Shown here: positions 59,552 to 64,000 of the stretch, in pieces | Layout of the letters: each line of letters opens with the position of its first letter | How positions within the stretch are numbered: position 1 is the stretch's first letter | The notes under the pieces: model-generated | What the model saw: only the letters and a program-made list of their open reading frames with translations | The model's database searches: none | What the model was told of the DNA's origin: nothing | DNA from: Octopus sinensis | Lineage: Eukaryota | Assembly (NCBI RefSeq): GCF_006345805.1 | Contig: NW_021835966.1 | Span: 1-64,000, forward strand | Length of the DNA stretch: 64,000 bases | Reading direction: 5' to 3' | Position numbers and translations under genes: made by a program

Positions 59552-59878
59552 CTGGTACTCCGTCTGTTACGAAGACGAAGGTTCCAGTTGATCCGATCAA
59601 CGGAACAACTTGCTCGTACAAGTGGCTGAGTACTTCTCAGACACGCATAACCATATCAGTAACGTGGTTCGCCAGGAGATACAACGAGACACAGGGTGGG
59701 GCAAGGCTGGCTTTTTGAAATAAATATAGGTAGATTCATTTTTGCCGGGTGAGTGAACTGCAGAACGAGATAAAACGAGATAAAAATGTCTTGCTCAAGG
59801 ACACAGCGCATCGCCGGGCTTCGAACTCACGGCCTCAGGATCACGAACCGAATACATCGAACCACCAAGCCACGCGTT
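59552..59878 (-). mobile_element. SINE family D: different head with family C tail type 1
   Basis: Head CGCGTGGCTTGGTGGTT...GAGTTCGAAGCCCGGCG...GTGTCCTTGAGCAAGAC; tail GTTCCGTTGATCGGATCAACTGGAACCTTCGTCTTCGTAACAGACGGAGTACC homologous to 4670-4722. Confidence 0.7.
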
Positions 59879-59944
59879 TTCAAGCATCTTACGACTATAA
59901 ATTGTAAGACCAACGCAAAACTACGGAATAGTTCCCCAAAGTTA

Positions 59945-60150
59945 ATTTTTTTTGCACAAGGCCCGAAATTTCTGGGGAGGGGCCAGTCGATTAGATCGAC
60001 CCCAGTACGCAACTGATACTTAATTTATCGACACCGAAAGGATTAAAGGTATAGTCAACCTCGGCGGAATTTGAGCTCTGAGCGTGTAGACAGACGAAAC
60101 ACCGCTAAGTCTTTCGCCCGGCGTGCTAACGTTCTACTTTCCTCGCTGCC
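59945..60150 (-). mobile_element. SINE family A with the alternative tail
   Basis: Family A head and core; tail CCCCTCCCCAGAAATTTCGGGCCTTGTGC like the second tail of 19167-19875. Confidence 0.8.
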
Positions 60151-60189
60151 CCCAACAAGTTCATTAAATACCACTCGAGTTGATGCTTT

Positions 60190-60475
60190 TTCTTCATTTA
60201 ATCTAGTTTCTGCTCACGAGCTGTGGCCATGCTGGGACACCGCCATTCGGTGTTGTTACAGGATTTTACTTCACGAATGCTTTTTAGCAATTGACATTTG
60301 GTGCATGAGAGAGTTTGATGCCGCTGCCCTCATCTGCACCTCCTGCCGTGAAGTGAGTTCATCTGGGACACCTGACAGGAAGAGGTCCAGATTTATTTTG
60401 AAGACATCTGCATCCATCCCATGCAGGTCTCTCAGGTCCTTCGGGAGGATATTGAAGAGCTGTGGACCCTGTTTA
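60190..60475 (-). mobile_element. CR1-group LINE 3' end whose 3' UTR resembles the SINE B tail
   Basis: GPQLFNILPKDLRDL...FKINLDLFLSGVPDE...AASNSLMHQ, stop at 60271-60273; UTR TGGCGGTGTCCCAGCATGGCCACAGC...GAAACTAGATTAAATG. Confidence 0.75.
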
Positions 60476-60995
60476 ATCTTTAGAAAACAAATTCTTCCTT
60501 ATAGGAAAAATTTCAAATAAGAAAATGAGAATGATGAAATATACGCAACCAATGTATAAGACTGGTTTACACTCTTTCTTGATATTGATTAACTCAAGTC
60601 TATCGTAGAAGAGAGATAGTAACTGACGGTTCTATGCACAGTGGCATAGAACACGAATTACCAAGATTGCGAGGTTAAACATCGTAACCACACAATTATA
60701 TAAGCACACTTATTTAAAAAAAAAAAAACAGATGTCTTAATTTTAGTGATTTGATAATAAATAATGAGGCAATTATTTTTGTTTACGTTCTCAGTTACTG
60801 AACAGAAAAGATAAATTTGATTATTGTAATATACATGATATAACGAGTTGGCTGCGCTTTGTCGCTGTTTGGAATAAGATAGCAACATTTTAAAAACATT
60901 TTCTACATGGCGACATATTATAGATTTAGAATAAAGAATTGTTGTAAAATTATATATTGCTATTCATAAATATTTGCCAACATATCTTTTGACAT

Positions 60996-61720
60996 AGGTG
61001 CAAGTGTGGGTGTGTGGTTAGAAGCTTCGTTCCCAACCACATGGTTCGCGGTTCAGTTCCACTGCGTTGCACCTTGGGCAAGTATCCTCTGCTATCGCCT
61101 TGGGCTGGCCTTGTGAGTGGAACTGGTAGACGGAAACTGAAAGAAGTCCGTCGTATATATCTATATCTATCTATCTATCTATCTACGCCAGTTGAGTTCA
61201 ATTCGTCTTAGTCGAAAGACGCCTGTTGTTATGTCCTATTATTATTATTTTTTTTTGTATTTATATTCGTGTGACATCGTCCGTTTTGCTGTCCTTGTTT
61301 CCTATACATTCGATCCTTTTTCCAAGGAATCTAATGCTCGTAGCTTAATTTTTCCTTGGGCTGGCCAGATTAGAGCAATCTCAAGATTAATCAGCCGAAA
61401 TTGCGAGAATGATCCGGTTCTTGACTGAAGATTAGAGGCTTCGAATGACCCTCCCGTGTTTTTTGCAACGTCTATTTGAATGTTTTACGTTCTTGTCCCA
61501 TGTTGCATTTATATATATATATATATATATATACAACAAGCTTCTTTCAGTTATCTATAATATAAATTGGACATGGGCGATCGTTGTATTCTTTCGTGTA
61601 TGTGTGTGTGTGTGTTTGCCCTCCCACTCCACATCATCACTTGACAACAGGTGTTTGTGTGTTTACGCCCCAATAAGTCAGTTGTTCAGCCAAGTGACGG
61701 AAGCAAGTAAAAGAATAACA
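60996..61720 (+). mobile_element. SINE family B split by an insertion (5' half 60996-61155, decayed 3' part ~61600-61720)
   Basis: Halves collinear with family B; repeat 61195-61505 lies in the microsatellite between them. Confidence 0.7.
61195..61505 (+). mobile_element. Short repeat homologous to 29290-29520 (possible PLE pLTR-type)
   Basis: See 29290-29520; contains GACTGAAGATTAGAGGCTTCGAATGAC. Confidence 0.55.
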
Positions 61721-62080
61721 AAATACCATCGCGTTCGTAAAAAATCTTCCTTAGCAGTTAACTGTCTTATATACTGAATAGAATTATATATATATATATA
61801 TATATATATCGCAGAATATATATCAGTCACAGTACGAAATAAATACTGATGCGATGTCTGCGAGCTGTAGCTTTGTCTGAGATATTAAACAACTGAAAAG
61901 TAGAAAGTTTTCTCTCATTTTTTCTCTTTCAAAAGAATGAAGCCCCTCAAATGTCAGTTTCTTCCTCTCCCCTTCGTATTATCTACAATCTAACCCAAAC
62001 TTGCATATTTCGTGGAATTTTCTGTATAGAATTCTGCTGTCAGTGACATACTCTATTGTAATATAAGACGTATAAGTTGA

Positions 62081-62165
<85 letters not shown>

Positions 62166-62410
62166 GCGTAAATGTGGGGCAATGTGAATGAGTGCTCGAC
62201 ATTGTGTTGGTGGATAATATTTCATTATTTGTCTATTAAACCTACCGTTGATTTCATGTTAAAAAAAATATCTGAATATCTTAAACATTTCAAGCCGGCC
62301 ACAAGGAGTCATGGTGTTCGTCTGTGTGACTGTCTTGTAAACTTGTTACGGTATTAATATATACCCAATGCTAGCCTTCATGCACAACTATATATATATG
62401 TATATATACA

Positions 62411-62550
62411 TAGGTGTGACTGTGTGGTAAGTAGCTTGCTTACGAACCACACGGTTACGGGTTCAGTACCTTGGGCAAGTTTATTCTACTAAAGCCTCGG
62501 GTCGACCAGTGCCGTGTAAGTGAATTTGGTAGGCGGAAACTGAAAGAAAC

Positions 62551-62590
<40 letters not shown>

Positions 62591-62842
62591 ATGTGTGTGT
62601 ATGTGTGTGTGTGTATGTGTGTGTGTGTGTATGTGTGTGTGTGTACATGTATATGTCTGTGTTTATCTCCCCCAATATTGTTTGACAACCGATGCTGGTG
62701 TGTTTACGTCCCCGTAACTTAGCCGTTCAGCCCCAAAAGGCCGATAGAATAAGTACTAGGCTTACAAAGAATAAGTCCTGGGGTTGATTTGCTCGACTAA
62801 TGCTGGTGCTCCAGTATGGTCGCAGTGGACAGACAGAAACAA

Positions 62843-62845
<3 letters not shown>
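62411..62845 (+). mobile_element. SINE family B, full length, long internal (TA)n(TG)n
   Basis: Family B head and tail. Confidence 0.9.
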
Positions 62846-62873
<28 letters not shown>

Positions 62874-62937
62874 CGTTTAAATATTTGTTGTGCAAGATTT
62901 TATTGGCTAAACTGGCAATATGACCATTCCGAAATAT

Positions 62938-62982
<45 letters not shown>

Positions 62983-62989
62983 AATACAT

Positions 62990-63252
62990 ATAAATTAAAA
63001 ATGAGGTTGAAGAATTAGATATTAATTTAAATAACATCGATTTCACACCAGTGGTCTAGCATATAAAAAAAAACTGAAGGTTCAGTAAAATTTTATTATA
63101 TACACATTAGAAGGAAACCACTATGTAGACACTCTTATGCTAGAAATAGATCCGCTATGGTCTTACCTTGAGAACATTTCTTAGTGGTAAGACCATAGCG
63201 GATCTATTTCTAGCGTAAGGGTGTCCACATAGTGGTTTCCTTCTAATATGTA

Positions 63253-63253
<1 letters not shown>
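62990..63253. mobile_element. Palindrome-plus-leader element (family Q), copy 2, opposite orientation to copy 1
   Basis: ~68-bp arms 63099-63167 and 63186-63253, 18-nt spacer; leader CCAGTGGTCTAGCATATAAAAAA; (TA)n on both sides. Confidence 0.85.
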
Positions 63254-63283
<30 letters not shown>

Positions 63284-63679
63284 TTCCGCCTACCAGAATC
63301 ATCCAGCGAACACCCACCATTGGTCATCACAGTTGCTCAAGGTAAAAATGAATTCCTCGCTCTTTCAGGAACATCAATTTTTTATATTGACTGCATTCCA
63401 CCACTTTGATCTATTTTTTATATATCACCACCACGAACCACTGCATCATACACTTTAAACATATAGCATGAACGAACTCACTTCAAACTAACTATGAACT
63501 GTATGATGTCTGACTCCATTGTGTATTATAAATGAATTTCTTATATTTGATAGCATGAACTATCTTTTTTTATATATAAATTTTTTTGATAAGGTTCATT
63601 TCAGGAACTGAACATGTTATAATGTATATATAAAAATTAAAATTGTATAATATAGCAGCATTTTCGAACTTCATTTTTT

Positions 63680-63729
<50 letters not shown>

Positions 63730-64000
63730 TCTATGTACTATAACTGGTTCTACTCTTTAAAATTTTTGTTCTACATATATTCTAGAAATTTTCGGACCAT
63801 AACCCTTCTCCGATCTCGAAACTTCGCCAATGCGTATGCGATATCATGCTTGTATCAACGAGCAGCTAAAGATATCAATTATATATATATATTTCCTCAA
63901 TGATGGTTTCAACTTATATCATATCGTCTGAGAGGATGTTTTCAACCGCTAACTTATACTTTTTGATATATATTAGGAATAACATAAGTATATCTTTCCA

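Overview
AT-rich, microsatellite-saturated eukaryotic non-coding DNA. The repeat families look like those of an octopus genome; this is recognition from memory, not a database result. I find no host protein-coding exon, rRNA, true tRNA or CRISPR array, and nearly all ORF-track entries are microsatellite or SINE read-through. The window is a stack of mobile elements. (1) At least four tRNA-derived SINE families: A often in tandem multimers, B split by an internal microsatellite, and C/D with interchangeable 3' tails. (2) Decayed LINEs: R4/Dong with a restriction-like endonuclease inside (AAT)n, Tx1, RTE and CR1-group. (3) Penelope-like (PLE) remnants and short pLTR-like cassettes lodged in (TA)n. 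(4) A few TIR elements and one solo-LTR candidate. The most interesting signal is a set of minimal type I hammerhead-ribozyme motifs in the PLE-like cassettes. One is near canonical (28556-28601) and two carry the compensatory U3-A8 core pair (16394-16433, 50275-50319). Fold-back palindromes abutting (TA)n also recur. Coordinates were read by eye; element ends are approximate (about +/-10-20 bp) unless a TSD or stem is quoted.
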